Source: Planctomycetota bacterium
GTDB lineage: Bacteria; Planctomycetota; B15-G4
Direction of reading: 5' to 3'
Assembly (NCBI GenBank): GCA_038212275.1
Contig: JBBQUR010000004.1
Location: forward strand, 160,001-224,000
DNA length: 64,000 bases
Shown here: positions 50,040-62,571 of the stretch, piece after piece
Position numbering within the stretch: position 1 is the first letter of the stretch
How the letters are laid out: every line of letters begins with the position of its first letter
The notes under the pieces: model-generated
The model's input: only the letters and a program-made list of their open reading frames with translations
Database searches by the model: none
Told to the model about the DNA's origin: nothing
Translations under genes and position numbers: made by a program

Positions 50040-51641
50040 GTGGGGAGCGCTCAGGGCATCGACTCGACGCGCAAGACGCGCATCGTGGCGACGATGGGGC
50101 CCGCCAGCAGGCCACCCGCGACGCTGCGTCGGCTCATCCGGGCCGGCGTGGAGGTCGTGCGCCTGAACTTCTCGCACGGCACGCACGCCTCTCACGCGGA
50201 GGCCGCGGCCGCCGTGCGACAGGCCTCGGCCGAGCTGGGCGTGCCCGTGGCCATCCTGGCCGACCTGTGCGGCCCGAAGATGCGCCTCGGACGCGTGCAG
50301 GGTGACTTGGTGCAGCTCCGCGCCGGGAGCACGCTGCTGCTCACCGAATCAGGCGGCATCGGCACCGAGGAGCGGCTGGTGGTGGAGGCAGCCGGCCTCG
50401 TCTCGCGGCTGCAGCCCGGCCACCGCATTCTCATCGCGGACGGCGCCATCGAACTGCGCGCCCTGCGCCGCCACCGCGACGGCATGACCTGCCGCGTGCT
50501 TCACGGCGGTCTGCTGCGGAGCAGGCAGGGCATCAACATCCCGGGCCGTCACGCCGGCGTGGCGGCGCTGACCGCCAAGGACAAGCGCGACCTGGCCTTC
50601 GCCCTGTCGATCGGCGTGGACGCCGTGGCGCTGTCCTTCGTGCGCGGTGCGGACGACGTGCTCGCGCTGCGCCGCCTCCTCGACCGACGCGGTGCGCGCC
50701 CCTTCGTCATCGCGAAGATCGAGCGCGCCGAGGCGCTCGAGAACCTGTCCTCGATTCTGCAGGTGGTGGGCGGCGTCATGGTTGCGCGCGGCGACCTCGG
50801 CGTGGAGATCGGCGTGGAGAACGTGCCCCTCGCGCAGAAGCGCATCATCCGCGAGGCCCTGCGCATGCACCGCCCGGTCATCACCGCGACGCAGATGCTC
50901 GAGAGCATGATCGAGCGCCCGGTGCCCACGCGCGCGGAGGTCTCGGACGTCGCCAACGCGGTGCTCGAGGGCACGGACGCCCTGATGCTCTCGGCCGAAA
51001 CCGCGGTGGGCAAGTATCCCGTGAAGGCGGTGATGACACTCGCGCAGGTCGCGCGCCAGGTCGAGACCGCAGGCATGACGGCCAGCGCCGTCGACATCCC
51101 GACCGAGGAAGAGGATTCGGCCATGGCGATCGCGCGCGCCGCGCGCATCGCCGCCCGCGCGGTGCATGCCGGCGGGATCGCGGCCTTCACGGCCTCGGGT
51201 CGCACCGCGCGACTCGTCAGCAGCCAGCGTCCCACGCGACGGCTCTTCGGCTTCACGGACAACGAGGCCACTCTGCGCCGCATGCGCTTCTTCTGGGGCA
51301 TCACGCCGATGAAAATCCACCACGCGCGCACCTCCGAGGCGATGGTGGCGGAAGCGGAGGCCGTCCTGCTCGACCGGCGGCTCATGCGCCTCGGCGAAAA
51401 GGTCGTCGTCGTGTGCGGCGAGGTCAGCCACGCCGGGGCCACGAACACGGTAAAGATCCACACGCTCGGCGGAGCCGAGCGCGACGGGAAGCGCGCCGCT
51501 CACGCGCAGAGGAAGGCCGTCGCGGGGAAAGGCGCCCGTCGCGCGACGGCTTCCGCCGTCGCCGGATCGGTCGCGGTCAGATCCCGAAAATCACCGCGCG
51601 ATGGAACACCACGTCGTCGCCGAGGTCGTTCGGAATCCTGA
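50040..51641 (+). CDS. pyk: Pyruvate kinase
   Basis: RLNFSHG, LSFVR, AKIE, MVARGDLGVE, ATQMLESM, RAEVSDVANA. Confidence 0.97.
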   Translation: MGSAQGIDSTRKTRIVATMGPASRPPATLRRLIRAGVEVVRLNFSHGTHASHAEAAAAVRQASAELGVPVAILADLCGPKMRLGRVQGDLVQLRAGSTLLLTESGGIGTEERLVVEAAGLVSRLQPGHRILIADGAIELRALRRHRDGMTCRVLHGGLLRSRQGINIPGRHAGVAALTAKDKRDLAFALSIGVDAVALSFVRGADDVLALRRLLDRRGARPFVIAKIERAEALENLSSILQVVGGVMVARGDLGVEIGVENVPLAQKRIIREALRMHRPVITATQMLESMIERPVPTRAEVSDVANAVLEGTDALMLSAETAVGKYPVKAVMTLAQVARQVETAGMTASAVDIPTEEEDSAMAIARAARIAARAVHAGGIAAFTASGRTARLVSSQRPTRRLFGFTDNEATLRRMRFFWGITPMKIHHARTSEAMVAEAEAVLLDRRLMRLGEKVVVVCGEVSHAGATNTVKIHTLGGAERDGKRAAHAQRKAVAGKGARRATASAVAGSVAVRSRKSPRDGTPRRRRGRSES

Positions 51642-52185
51642 CAGCCGAGAGCCGCTGCGTCGGCGGCGGCGGGTCCTGCTGCTGCACGCCGCTGAAGAAA
51701 GTGGTGGCAGTCACGGCCAGGAAGGGCAGGGTCTCCTCGGGGTCGCCGTGGCCGCCGACGCTGGTCCACTGCGCGTCGACCTGCTCGACGTCGCTGATGG
51801 TGAAACTGCCATTCGCGACGACGCCGCCGCCCATGAGCACCACGAAGCTGTCGCTGAAGTCGAACAGCGAGCTGTCATAGGGCACCGCGAAGAGCTGCTT
51901 CCAGACCTGCCGCATCTGCTTTTCGGTGCGGATCACGGTGTTGCCTTCGAGCAGCGTCTGCAGGTCGGGGTCGAAGGCGCCGCCCACCGCAGCCAGCCGG
52001 ACCACTGCGCCACCCGACACGGAGACGGTTGCCGGCAGCTGCACGGCCACGGGAGGAAGATCCAGCGGGGCGAAGCTCACCGGCAGCCCGGCGGACGCGC
52101 CCAGAAAGGACGAGTAGAACGGCGCGCCGGCGGCCAGTGCACCGGCCGCGAGAACCAGCGAAACGATCGTGAAGCGACGCCACAT
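51577..52185 (-). CDS. Secreted protein with PrcB C-terminal-like domain
   Basis: Signal peptide; GAGGAG RBS; VIRT....QVW.......FDFS...VV..GG. Confidence 0.6.
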   Translation of the reverse strand: MWRRFTIVSLVLAAGALAAGAPFYSSFLGASAGLPVSFAPLDLPPVAVQLPATVSVSGGAVVRLAAVGGAFDPDLQTLLEGNTVIRTEKQMRQVWKQLFAVPYDSSLFDFSDSFVVLMGGGVVANGSFTISDVEQVDAQWTSVGGHGDPEETLPFLAVTATTFFSGVQQQDPPPPTQRLSAVRIPNDLGDDVVFHRAVIFGI

Positions 52186-52481
52186 GCTCGAATCTCCTCG
52201 GGGACAAGCCCGATCGCGTGATCGCGCGCGGGCTGCGCATGGTAGCCCACCGCGACGACCGACTGGAAAGCGTCTGGACCGGACGGCGGCGACGGGGCGC
52301 ACAACCCTCGCGAAAGCCGGTGATTGAGTCACGCGTTGTCGCGCTCGGCGCGTGCCGGCTGCCCGGACGGCTGCCCGGAAACAGGCGCGAAGATCTGCGA
52401 GTCCCACAGGGCAAGACAGGCACTCGAGGCGTCTGGCTCGACTACACTGGAGCTTTCCCTCTCGTCTTCAGGAGTCCGCAC

Positions 52482-52919
52482 ATGCTCAAGATCCGCCGCC
52501 ATCCGCTGCTCGCCGCCCTCCTCGTCACCTGCGTCCTGGCTTTCGTGGCGGAGCAGGTGCTCGCACAGAACCCGACCATCAAGGGGAAGGGCAAGTATCT
52601 CTCGACGGTGAGCGTGGCACTGACCATCGCGGCGAACGGGCAGTCCGCAACGGCTGTCGACTTGATCCCCGAGAAGATGACCTTCGTCATCACCGACGTC
52701 GTCGTGTCGAATTCCACGGCCTCGTCGGCCAGCTTCGTGATCAATCAGCTGGTCGTCGATGCGGGCACCAAGACGGGCGCCATCGAAGTGGGCCCGATGT
52801 CATCGTTCGCGCACAACTTCGGGACCGGTTTCGAATTCCCGGCCGGCAGCAGAGTCGCGATCTTCGCCAACAACCAGGCGCTCACGGCGACCCTGGTCGG
52901 CTACATGAAAAAGGCCTGA
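52482..52919 (+). CDS. Small hypothetical secreted beta-rich protein
   Basis: AGGAG RBS; signal peptide ending VLA-Q; FVITDVVV and final LVGY strand. Confidence 0.75.
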   Translation: MLKIRRHPLLAALLVTCVLAFVAEQVLAQNPTIKGKGKYLSTVSVALTIAANGQSATAVDLIPEKMTFVITDVVVSNSTASSASFVINQLVVDAGTKTGAIEVGPMSSFAHNFGTGFEFPAGSRVAIFANNQALTATLVGYMKKA

Positions 52920-52937
52920 TCCGGCGCACCCGCGCGG

Positions 52938-54041
52938 TCAGCTCCTGAAGTAGCGCGCCAATGCCAGACCCTGATTCTGGTAGGCGGAGCCGGCGCCGCC
53001 ATAGAGTTGCACACACGCTTCCACGGTCATGCTGAACTGCAGCCGGAAGATGGGCTGGCCGTGCTCGACGCGGAACGGCACGTCGTGCGCGCGCACTTCG
53101 AGCACGGCCCGCGCGCCATCGGGGCTGGCGGGGCCCCAGCCGAAACCCGGGTCGAAGAAGCCTGCGTAGTTGGTGCGCAGTTCGCCCATGCCGACGTCCC
53201 ACGCGAGCATCTCCGCCGCGAGGTCCGGCGGGATGCGCAGGCGTTCGCAGGACGCCAGGATGTAGAAGTCCTCGGGTTGCAGCGTGAGCGTGCCGTCGGC
53301 ATCGGCGAAAACGGGTTCGAAGTAGTCGGTGGGCTCGTGGCCGCCGATGCGTGCGAGGTCGAGCGCGGGCGCGCCGTGCCGTGCGCGCCAGCCGATGGGG
53401 GCGCCGGGGGCGTCCGGCTCGAGCGAGAGTCCCAGCAGCAGCGCTGCATCGTGCACGACGGGCGTGTCGAAGCCCGGTAGCAGCTGGTCTTCGCGCACGC
53501 GGCGCCGCAGCGCCGCATCGCCGAGCAGCGTCCGCCCCGAGAGGAAGCGGAGCTGGTTGAGGCGCTGCCCGGTGGCAACGCGGATGTCGAAGGAGCGCGG
53601 CACGATCTCCAGCCACAGAGGGCCCGAGTAGCCGGCAGGGATGTCGTCGAAACGATCGTGGCGGTCCACGACGGTGCGCGTGAAGACATCGATGCGGCCC
53701 GTGGATGAGCGCGGGTTCGCGCGGGCGCGCAGCCCGTCCGGCAGGTCGAGTTCCTCGAGCAGCCGCACCAGATAGACATGCCCGCGCTTCAGGACCGCGC
53801 CGCCCGGCGCGGAGAGGTCGATGCGCTCCGTGACGAGCGGCTCGACCTGCTCGGCGACCGGGCCGCGCGCGGGAAGAAAGCCGGCCCGGATGGACAGCGC
53901 CTCGGCGCCGAGGCGCAGGTCCAGCGTGGTCGGCTGGCGCTGGATCGCGTCCAGTGGCGTCCGCGGCCGGATGTGCCCTGCTGCCAGCAGCGCGTCGATC
54001 TGCGCGTGCGTGAAGATTCCTCGGCTTGACCGCATGTGCAT
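52938..54041 (-). CDS. dcd: dCTP deaminase, long two-domain form (alternative start at 54035)
   Basis: [53 protein letters not shown]. Confidence 0.9.
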   Translation of the reverse strand: MHMRSSRGIFTHAQIDALLAAGHIRPRTPLDAIQRQPTTLDLRLGAEALSIRAGFLPARGPVAEQVEPLVTERIDLSAPGGAVLKRGHVYLVRLLEELDLPDGLRARANPRSSTGRIDVFTRTVVDRHDRFDDIPAGYSGPLWLEIVPRSFDIRVATGQRLNQLRFLSGRTLLGDAALRRRVREDQLLPGFDTPVVHDAALLLGLSLEPDAPGAPIGWRARHGAPALDLARIGGHEPTDYFEPVFADADGTLTLQPEDFYILASCERLRIPPDLAAEMLAWDVGMGELRTNYAGFFDPGFGWGPASPDGARAVLEVRAHDVPFRVEHGQPIFRLQFSMTVEACVQLYGGAGSAYQNQGLALARYFRS

Positions 54042-54062
54042 GCCCTGAGTAAACCTTGCCGG

Positions 54063-55250
<1,188 letters not shown>

Positions 55251-55253
55251 CGC

Positions 55254-56153
<900 letters not shown>

Positions 56154-56259
56154 GGTCCGGCGGGCTGCCGGAGGATGGTCGTTCAGCCCGGAGTCATGTT
56201 CCGGAAGGGGCTGCCTGCGGTTAGACTGGACGCTTCCTCACGGAGCGATTCCATTGCTC

Positions 56260-56487
56260 ATGCCGTCCCACCTGCTTCTCGGCACGCCTCAGGGCATCGA
56301 GTGGCTGGTCATCCTCATCATCGTGCTGCTCCTGTTCGGCAACAAGATTCCCGGTCTGGCGCGCTCGCTCGGTTCGGGCGTCAACGAGTTCAAGGCGGGG
56401 CTGCGCGAGGGCGTCGACAAGCCGAGCACCGGCGACAAGACCGACGCCTCCGGGAAGACCGACAAGGTCGATTCCAAGGACTCGTGA
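56260..56487 (+). CDS. tatA: Twin-arginine translocase TatA/TatE
   Basis: EWLVILIIVLLLFG..IPGLARSLG..VNEFK. Confidence 0.93.
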   Translation: MPSHLLLGTPQGIEWLVILIIVLLLFGNKIPGLARSLGSGVNEFKAGLREGVDKPSTGDKTDASGKTDKVDSKDS

Positions 56488-57113
56488 AGTCCTCACGACC
56501 GGCGCTCACGGCGCTGGTGCTGGCCGGAGGGGCCGCACGGCGCATGGGCGGCGCCAAGCATGCGCAGCCATTCGGCGGGCGCACCTTGCTCGATTGCAGT
56601 CTCGCGCTGGCGACCGCCGTGGCGGACGAGACGCTGCTCCTCGCGGCCGACCGCGAGGTCTCGCTCGCTCGCTGGGAGCGGGTGCGTCGCGTGTCCGACC
56701 TGCCGGAAGGTTCGGGCCCGCTGAGAGGTCTCGCCGCCGGCATGTCCGCGGCCCGGCATGACTGGTGCCTGCTGCTCGCCTGCGACATGCCGTTGCTCAC
56801 GCCGGCCACCGTGCGGCTCCTGATCGACCACGCACTGGCCTGTTCGCCTCGCGAGGACGGCGTGATGTTCGCCTCGGCGTCCGGCTGGCAGCCCTTCCCC
56901 GCGCTGCTTCGACGGCAAGCGCTGTCCGCCGTCCTGCGGCAGCTGCAGGCGCGCGACCGCTCGCTCCAGGCGCTGGCCGCCGAGCTGGTCCTCCGTCGCG
57001 TGGACCTGGCCGAGCTCCGCAGCATCGACCCCGAACTGCACACGCTGTGCAACGTCAACACGCCCCTCGACCTGGACTCGGCACGCGAGTTCGCCGCGGA
57101 GATCGCCACGTGA
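56484..57113 (+). CDS. mobA: Molybdenum cofactor guanylyltransferase
   Basis: LAGGAARRMG, GPLRGL, ACDMP, NVNTP; GTGA overlap. Confidence 0.9.
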   Translation: MKSSRPALTALVLAGGAARRMGGAKHAQPFGGRTLLDCSLALATAVADETLLLAADREVSLARWERVRRVSDLPEGSGPLRGLAAGMSAARHDWCLLLACDMPLLTPATVRLLIDHALACSPREDGVMFASASGWQPFPALLRRQALSAVLRQLQARDRSLQALAAELVLRRVDLAELRSIDPELHTLCNVNTPLDLDSAREFAAEIAT

Positions 57114-58093
57114 CCACCCTCTCGCCCGTCGCCGACATCTTCACTCCCGTGGCGAGCGGCCTCGCCGCCACGGAAAGCGTTCTGACGGACCTCTTCACGA
57201 ACGACTCCGAGGCCGTCATGGGGCTGTGCCGGCACCTCACGCGCTTCGGCGGCAAGCGCCTGCGGCCTGCGCTCGTGCACCTCACGGGCGGCATGGTCGG
57301 CACGCCGACGGACGAACACGCGATCATCGGCGCCATGGTCGAGGCGCTGCACATGGCCTCGCTGCTGCACGACGACGTGCTGGACGGAGCGGACACGCGG
57401 CGCAAGGTGGCCACGCTCAACGCCCTGCACGGCAACGAGATCCCGATCCTCCTGGGCGACGTGCTCTACTCGCGCGCCTTCGCGCTCTCGCTCAACATGT
57501 CCACGTTGCACGCCGCGCGCGAACTGGCCGTCGCGTCCGAGGCCATCTGCCGCGGTGAGATCGAGCAGTCCTTCCTGCGCTTCCGGCTCGACGTGCCCGA
57601 CGCCGCGTACTTCGACGTGATCCGCGCGAAGACCGCGCAGATGTACGCGACGGCATGCAGCCTCGGTGCGCGCTACGCCGGTGGCACCGACGCGCAGGTG
57701 CAGGCGCTGGCCCGCTTCGGCTTCGACCTCGGCATGGGCTTCCAGATCATCGACGATTGCCTAGACATCGTGGGGGACGAGGGCATCGTCGGGAAGTCGC
57801 TCGGCACGGACCTAGAGACCGGCAAGATCACCCTGCCGATCCTGCGCCTTGCGCGTCGCCTCTCGGGCGCAGACCTCGAGCGCTACAAGTCGCTGGTCAT
57901 GGGCGACATGGAAGGCAGCCGCCGCGACGCGTTGCGCGCCGCCTTCGACGTGGACAGCGTGGTGGCGGAGTGTCAGGCCGAGGCCAACACCTTCGTGGAG
58001 CGCTGCCTCTCCACGCTCGCGCCGTTCACGGATGGTCCCGAGAAGCGCAGCCTGCAGTCCATCTGCCGCTTCGTGCTGGCCCGGACGTTCTGA
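57110..58093 (+). CDS. Polyprenyl diphosphate synthase (IspB/HepT-like)
   Basis: GKRLRP, LLHDDVLD, KTA, FQIIDDCLD, GKITLP. Confidence 0.93.
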   Translation: MTTLSPVADIFTPVASGLAATESVLTDLFTNDSEAVMGLCRHLTRFGGKRLRPALVHLTGGMVGTPTDEHAIIGAMVEALHMASLLHDDVLDGADTRRKVATLNALHGNEIPILLGDVLYSRAFALSLNMSTLHAARELAVASEAICRGEIEQSFLRFRLDVPDAAYFDVIRAKTAQMYATACSLGARYAGGTDAQVQALARFGFDLGMGFQIIDDCLDIVGDEGIVGKSLGTDLETGKITLPILRLARRLSGADLERYKSLVMGDMEGSRRDALRAAFDVDSVVAECQAEANTFVERCLSTLAPFTDGPEKRSLQSICRFVLARTF

Positions 58094-58173
58094 TGGCTCC
58101 GGTGTCCGCGCGCATCGACCGCCTCGCGCCGCCCTCGCGCCGCACCTCCGGCTGAGCAGGGAGTCCGCACGAC

Positions 58174-59070
58174 GTGGCCTTCCGTCCCAACTGGTATCAA
58201 GGCGAACGCCGTGGCGGACTCCTCGGCGGCGCGGGCACCTGGTCCGGCTTCCGCTGGGTCTTCACGCTCAACTGCGTCGTCTTCGCGCTGCAGCTCATCG
58301 AGTCGCAGTTTCTCGGGACGCGACATCACGCGACGCAGGCCGTGCGCGAAAGCCTGCTCACCGAGTACGGCGCCCTGCGTGCCTTCTGGGCCGGCGCCCC
58401 GTCGCTCATGCAGCCCGAAGGCTCTCTTGCCTTCAACTGGGCCTTCCCGATCCAGTGCGTGACCTACTCGCTGCTTCACGACGGGTTCAGACACATCCTG
58501 TTCAACATGCTCGTGCTCTGGGTCTTCAGTCCGGAGCTCGAGGCCTACCTCGGTCGCGCGGCCTATCTGCGCCTCTACGTTCTCGGCGCCGTCTTCGGCG
58601 GACTGCTGCAGTGGGGCTGGTGGCTGGGCACCGGCTCCCCGGGTTCCGTCATCGGCGCCTCGGGAGCGGTCTATGCCGTCATGGTGCTGGCCGCGCTCAA
58701 ATGGCCGCAACGCACGGTGCTCTTCTGGATGGTGCTGCCGGTCCCGGTCTGGCTGATCGTCGGTCTCTATGTCGTGGGCGATCTCGGTTCCTTCTTCACG
58801 GCCACGGCAGGGAGCACGGCCGTGCTTGCGCATCTCGGCGGCGCGGCCTTCGCCGTGCTCTGGTATTTCAAGGGCGATGTCGTCGGTCAGGTCAGCGATG
58901 CGCGGCATCGGCATCTGGCCGTGCGGCAGCACGCGGAACACGACAGCGACCGGCGCGAAATGGACCGCATCCTGGCCAAGATCCAGGCCCATGGCCTCAA
59001 CTCGCTGGACGGGAGCGAGCGGGCATTCCTCGAACGCCGCAGCCGCGAGATGCGAGAGCGACCACGCTGA
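58174..59070 (+). CDS. Rhomboid intramembrane serine protease with DUF6576-like tail
   Basis: HILFNM, GASG, AHLGG; DRILAKI...GLNSL..SER..L. Confidence 0.92.
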   Translation: MAFRPNWYQGERRGGLLGGAGTWSGFRWVFTLNCVVFALQLIESQFLGTRHHATQAVRESLLTEYGALRAFWAGAPSLMQPEGSLAFNWAFPIQCVTYSLLHDGFRHILFNMLVLWVFSPELEAYLGRAAYLRLYVLGAVFGGLLQWGWWLGTGSPGSVIGASGAVYAVMVLAALKWPQRTVLFWMVLPVPVWLIVGLYVVGDLGSFFTATAGSTAVLAHLGGAAFAVLWYFKGDVVGQVSDARHRHLAVRQHAEHDSDRREMDRILAKIQAHGLNSLDGSERAFLERRSREMRERPR

Positions 59071-59144
59071 TGCGTCCGTTGCGGCCGATTGGTCCGTCCG
59101 TTGACGGGCTGGTACAAAAGGCTTCACCCTTCCGGAGCGGAACA

Positions 59145-61259
59145 ATGATCCACATGCGGCACGTCGTGGCGGCACTGGCTCTGTTGACGGGCCTGGCAGC
59201 CCCCTTGCGCTGCCAGACGGTGATCGAGGTGCCCGACGACCTCAAGGTGTTCTGGGGCCAGTACCAGCTCGCCCACGAAGCGGACGACGAGACGGCGATG
59301 GACAAGGCCGTGCGCCAGCACACGGACCTCGCCGAGCAGACGCTCGACCTGCTGCTCGATGACCTCTCGCGCCGCGAAATCCTCGAGCTTCACGACGACG
59401 TCCGCACCTTGGCCCGCAGCATGGATCGCGTCGACGGCCAGTCGAAGTTCATCGAGCGCGTCCGCTACGTGCTGAACCTCACGCAGCCGGAGCGCCTGTC
59501 GCGCCATCTCGCGATGGACGAACTCAACGCGGCGTTCCGCACCTACAATGATGCGCTCGTCGAGAAGTCCGTGGACGGCTGGCAGCGCTCGCTCACGGCC
59601 TTCGGGCGCGCCGCGGAGGCGCTCGAATCCCTGGGTGACGCGCAATACGGCATCGTCGCGAGGCGCAAGATGGCGGACCTCGAGCAGATTCTGAAGCACC
59701 CCTGGGAGCGCGGCCAGCACCTCAAGCGCATCATCGAGCTGGGTGAGCAACTCGACTACAAGGACATCGAGGTCGAGTCCGCGCGCACCATGCTGGCGGA
59801 GCTGAAGTCCAAGGGAGTCGATCCGGACGGCCCGAAGCCGGAGGGATCCGGCGAGGTCGCGGACTCCGCGGCACCCGCCGGCAAGGGCGCGCCGGCCACC
59901 GGGGGAGGCGGAGGCGGACGCGGCCTGACGTCCTACCTGGAGGGCTCGACGGAGCAGCGCTTCACGCTTGCCATGGATGCTCCCAGGAAGGGTCTGGGAG
60001 GACTCCTGTTGCCGAGTGTCTTTCCGCTCGACAACTACCTGCTCTGGCCGACGGCCTGGTTGGAGCTCAACGGCCCGTCCGAGCTTGCCATCGGCACGCC
60101 GATCCCGTTCGTGCCCTTCACGAAGCCCCTGTCCTTCAGCCGCGATGGCGCGGAGTTCTCCATCGACAGCAACGGCGACGGCAAGCCCGACGTGAGCTTC
60201 ACGCCGAGCACGACGCCGCAGCATGTCGACGTGCCCGCGCCGGATGGCGAGGCGAGCTACCCGCTCATGATCTCCGTGCCGGGCGAGAAGGAATCCATGT
60301 TCAGCCTCGAGGTGAACTACTCGCCGCAGCCGTCGGGCGCGCGCCTGCGCCTCAACGTCGCCTCGAGCATGGATGGCAAGGTGCTCGACGAGACCTGGAA
60401 GGTGGTGGACTGCAATCTCAGCGGACGCTACGGCGACGTGCAGGACTGGTGGGGCGACTTCGTCACCACGGGCAACGATGCGAACCCGGTGCGCTTCCAG
60501 CAGACGGATGCGGTGCTCATCGGCAAGGCGAAGCTGCCGATCCCGTGGTCCACGGTGCTTCCCGTCGGCGAGGATTTCTACCACGCCACGCTCGCGCCGG
60601 ACGGAAAGTCGCTCACCCTCCGGCAGCTGGATCTCGCCACCGGCTTCGTGAAGCTGGACATCAACACGCCCGTTCAGCCCAGCTATCTCGTGCTCCGCGA
60701 GGTGGGCAAGCTTGAAGGCGCCTTCATCAACGTCGTGCCCCTGAAGAAGGGCGGCAGCGTGAAGGTCCCGGTCGGCAAGTGGCAGATCTCGTCGGGACTG
60801 ATCGGGAAGGGCGCCAAGACGAGCATGCAGCAGGCACGCATCTACACCGGACAGAGCGCGGAGATCGAGGTCAAGCCGGGCGAGACGGCGACACTCGCGC
60901 TCGGCGGCCCGTTCCACCTTCAGGCCGACACGAAGCTCGACGGCAAGGACACCGTCGTCGAGGGCAGGACGCTGCGGATCTTCGGCCGCGCCAGGGAAGA
61001 GTACGCCATGCTCTTCGACGACTCGCTGCAGCCGGAGGTCGAGGCCCGGACTCCGGACACGAAGAAGTTCGGCAAGGCGGTGAAGATGCGCCGTCCGGAC
61101 ATCACGGCCTGGCAGGAGAGCAAGGATCCCGACCGCCTGATGTGGTTCCCGCTCCCGCTCAGCGTCGAGAACGGCAAGGCCGAGAAACTTCAGCTGCGTC
61201 TGACGCAGAAGACCCAGGGACTGCTCGGCGGCCCCTTCGACAGCGACTGGATTCCCTGA
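59145..61259 (+). CDS. Large hypothetical secreted protein (helical N-half, beta-rich C-half; alternative start at 59154)
   Basis: Signal peptide; Gly-rich linker; DSNGDGKPD motif; strong codon bias. Confidence 0.8.
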   Translation: MIHMRHVVAALALLTGLAAPLRCQTVIEVPDDLKVFWGQYQLAHEADDETAMDKAVRQHTDLAEQTLDLLLDDLSRREILELHDDVRTLARSMDRVDGQSKFIERVRYVLNLTQPERLSRHLAMDELNAAFRTYNDALVEKSVDGWQRSLTAFGRAAEALESLGDAQYGIVARRKMADLEQILKHPWERGQHLKRIIELGEQLDYKDIEVESARTMLAELKSKGVDPDGPKPEGSGEVADSAAPAGKGAPATGGGGGGRGLTSYLEGSTEQRFTLAMDAPRKGLGGLLLPSVFPLDNYLLWPTAWLELNGPSELAIGTPIPFVPFTKPLSFSRDGAEFSIDSNGDGKPDVSFTPSTTPQHVDVPAPDGEASYPLMISVPGEKESMFSLEVNYSPQPSGARLRLNVASSMDGKVLDETWKVVDCNLSGRYGDVQDWWGDFVTTGNDANPVRFQQTDAVLIGKAKLPIPWSTVLPVGEDFYHATLAPDGKSLTLRQLDLATGFVKLDINTPVQPSYLVLREVGKLEGAFINVVPLKKGGSVKVPVGKWQISSGLIGKGAKTSMQQARIYTGQSAEIEVKPGETATLALGGPFHLQADTKLDGKDTVVEGRTLRIFGRAREEYAMLFDDSLQPEVEARTPDTKKFGKAVKMRRPDITAWQESKDPDRLMWFPLPLSVENGKAEKLQLRLTQKTQGLLGGPFDSDWIP

Positions 61260-61260
61260 C

Positions 61261-62538
61261 ATGCTCGACATGCGAATGATCCGCGAACGTGCGGACGAGG
61301 TGCGCGCCGGCGCGGCGCTCAAGCGCATCACCGTGGATATCGATCACCTGCTGCAACTCGACGAGCGGCGAAGGCAGCTCATGCGTGGGGCGGAGGACGG
61401 CAAGGCCGAGCAGAAGCGGCGCAGCAAGGCCGTGGGCGGGCTGTCTGCCGAGGCGCGCGCCGCCGAGCTGACTTCGCTGGGCGACCTGAAGGCGCGCCTC
61501 ATCGGCGAGGAGGCCGAACTGGCCACCGTCACTGCCGAGTGGGAGGCGCTCATGCTGCGCGTGCCCAACATTCCATCGGCGCAGGTCCCGCCGGGCCGCG
61601 ACGACACCGAGAACGTCGAGGTGCGCCGCGTGGGCGCCGTGCCGGACAAGGGCTTCCCGCTGCTGGACCACGTCGAGCTCGGCCGGCGCCTCGGCATCAT
61701 CGACATCGAACGCGGCGTGCGGATCTCCGGCAGCCGCTTCTACGTGCTGCTCGGCGCGGGAGCGCTCCTGCATCGCGCCGTGCTCTCGCTTGCCCTCGAG
61801 CACATGGTGAAGAAGGGCTTCGTGCCCATGGAAGTCCCGGTGCTCGTGCGCGACCCGGCCATGATCGGAACGGCCTACTTCCCGGGCGGCGAGGACCAGG
61901 CCTATCGGCTCGAACGCGACGAGCTGAATCTCGTGGGCACTGCGGAGGTGCCGGTCACGTCGTTCCGCGCCGGCGAGATTCTGGAGGAATCCGAACTGCC
62001 GCTGAAGTACGTCGCGCAGAGCTACTGCTTCCGGCGCGAGGCGGGCGCCGCGGGCAAGGACACGCGCGGCCTGTATCGCATCCACCAGTTCCAGAAGGTG
62101 GAGCAGGTCGTCATCCTTCAGGCGGATGCCGAGGCCTCGCGCGCCATGCACGAACACATCGTGCGCAACGCGGAAGAAGTGCTGGAAGCGCTCGAACTGC
62201 CGTACCGCGTGGTCAACGTGTGCGGCGGCGACCTGGGGCTGAGCCAGGTGCAGAAGTACGACATCGAGACCTGGATGCCGAGCCGCGGAGGCTACGGCGA
62301 GACGCACAGCGCCAGCCGCTTCCACGACTTCCAGGCGCGTCGGCTGAACCTCCGCTACCGCGATGCGCGCGGCGAGACCCGCTTCTGCCACACGCTCAAC
62401 AACACGGTCATCGCCAGTCCGCGCGTGCTCATCCCCATCCTGGAGCTCTACCAGCAGAAGGATGGCAGCGTGGTGGTGCCGAAGGCCCTTCGCCCGTGGA
62501 TGGGCGGAGTCGAGGTGCTGGAACCGATCACGACCTGA
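61261..62538 (+). CDS. serS: Serine--tRNA ligase
   Basis: MLD..., VPN, GTAEVP, FRREAG, GLYRIHQFQKVE, HTLNNT. Confidence 0.98.
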   Translation: MLDMRMIRERADEVRAGAALKRITVDIDHLLQLDERRRQLMRGAEDGKAEQKRRSKAVGGLSAEARAAELTSLGDLKARLIGEEAELATVTAEWEALMLRVPNIPSAQVPPGRDDTENVEVRRVGAVPDKGFPLLDHVELGRRLGIIDIERGVRISGSRFYVLLGAGALLHRAVLSLALEHMVKKGFVPMEVPVLVRDPAMIGTAYFPGGEDQAYRLERDELNLVGTAEVPVTSFRAGEILEESELPLKYVAQSYCFRREAGAAGKDTRGLYRIHQFQKVEQVVILQADAEASRAMHEHIVRNAEEVLEALELPYRVVNVCGGDLGLSQVQKYDIETWMPSRGGYGETHSASRFHDFQARRLNLRYRDARGETRFCHTLNNTVIASPRVLIPILELYQQKDGSVVVPKALRPWMGGVEVLEPITT

Positions 62539-62571
62539 GCGAGGTCGTCACGGTTCGGCCAGCCGCAGCCG

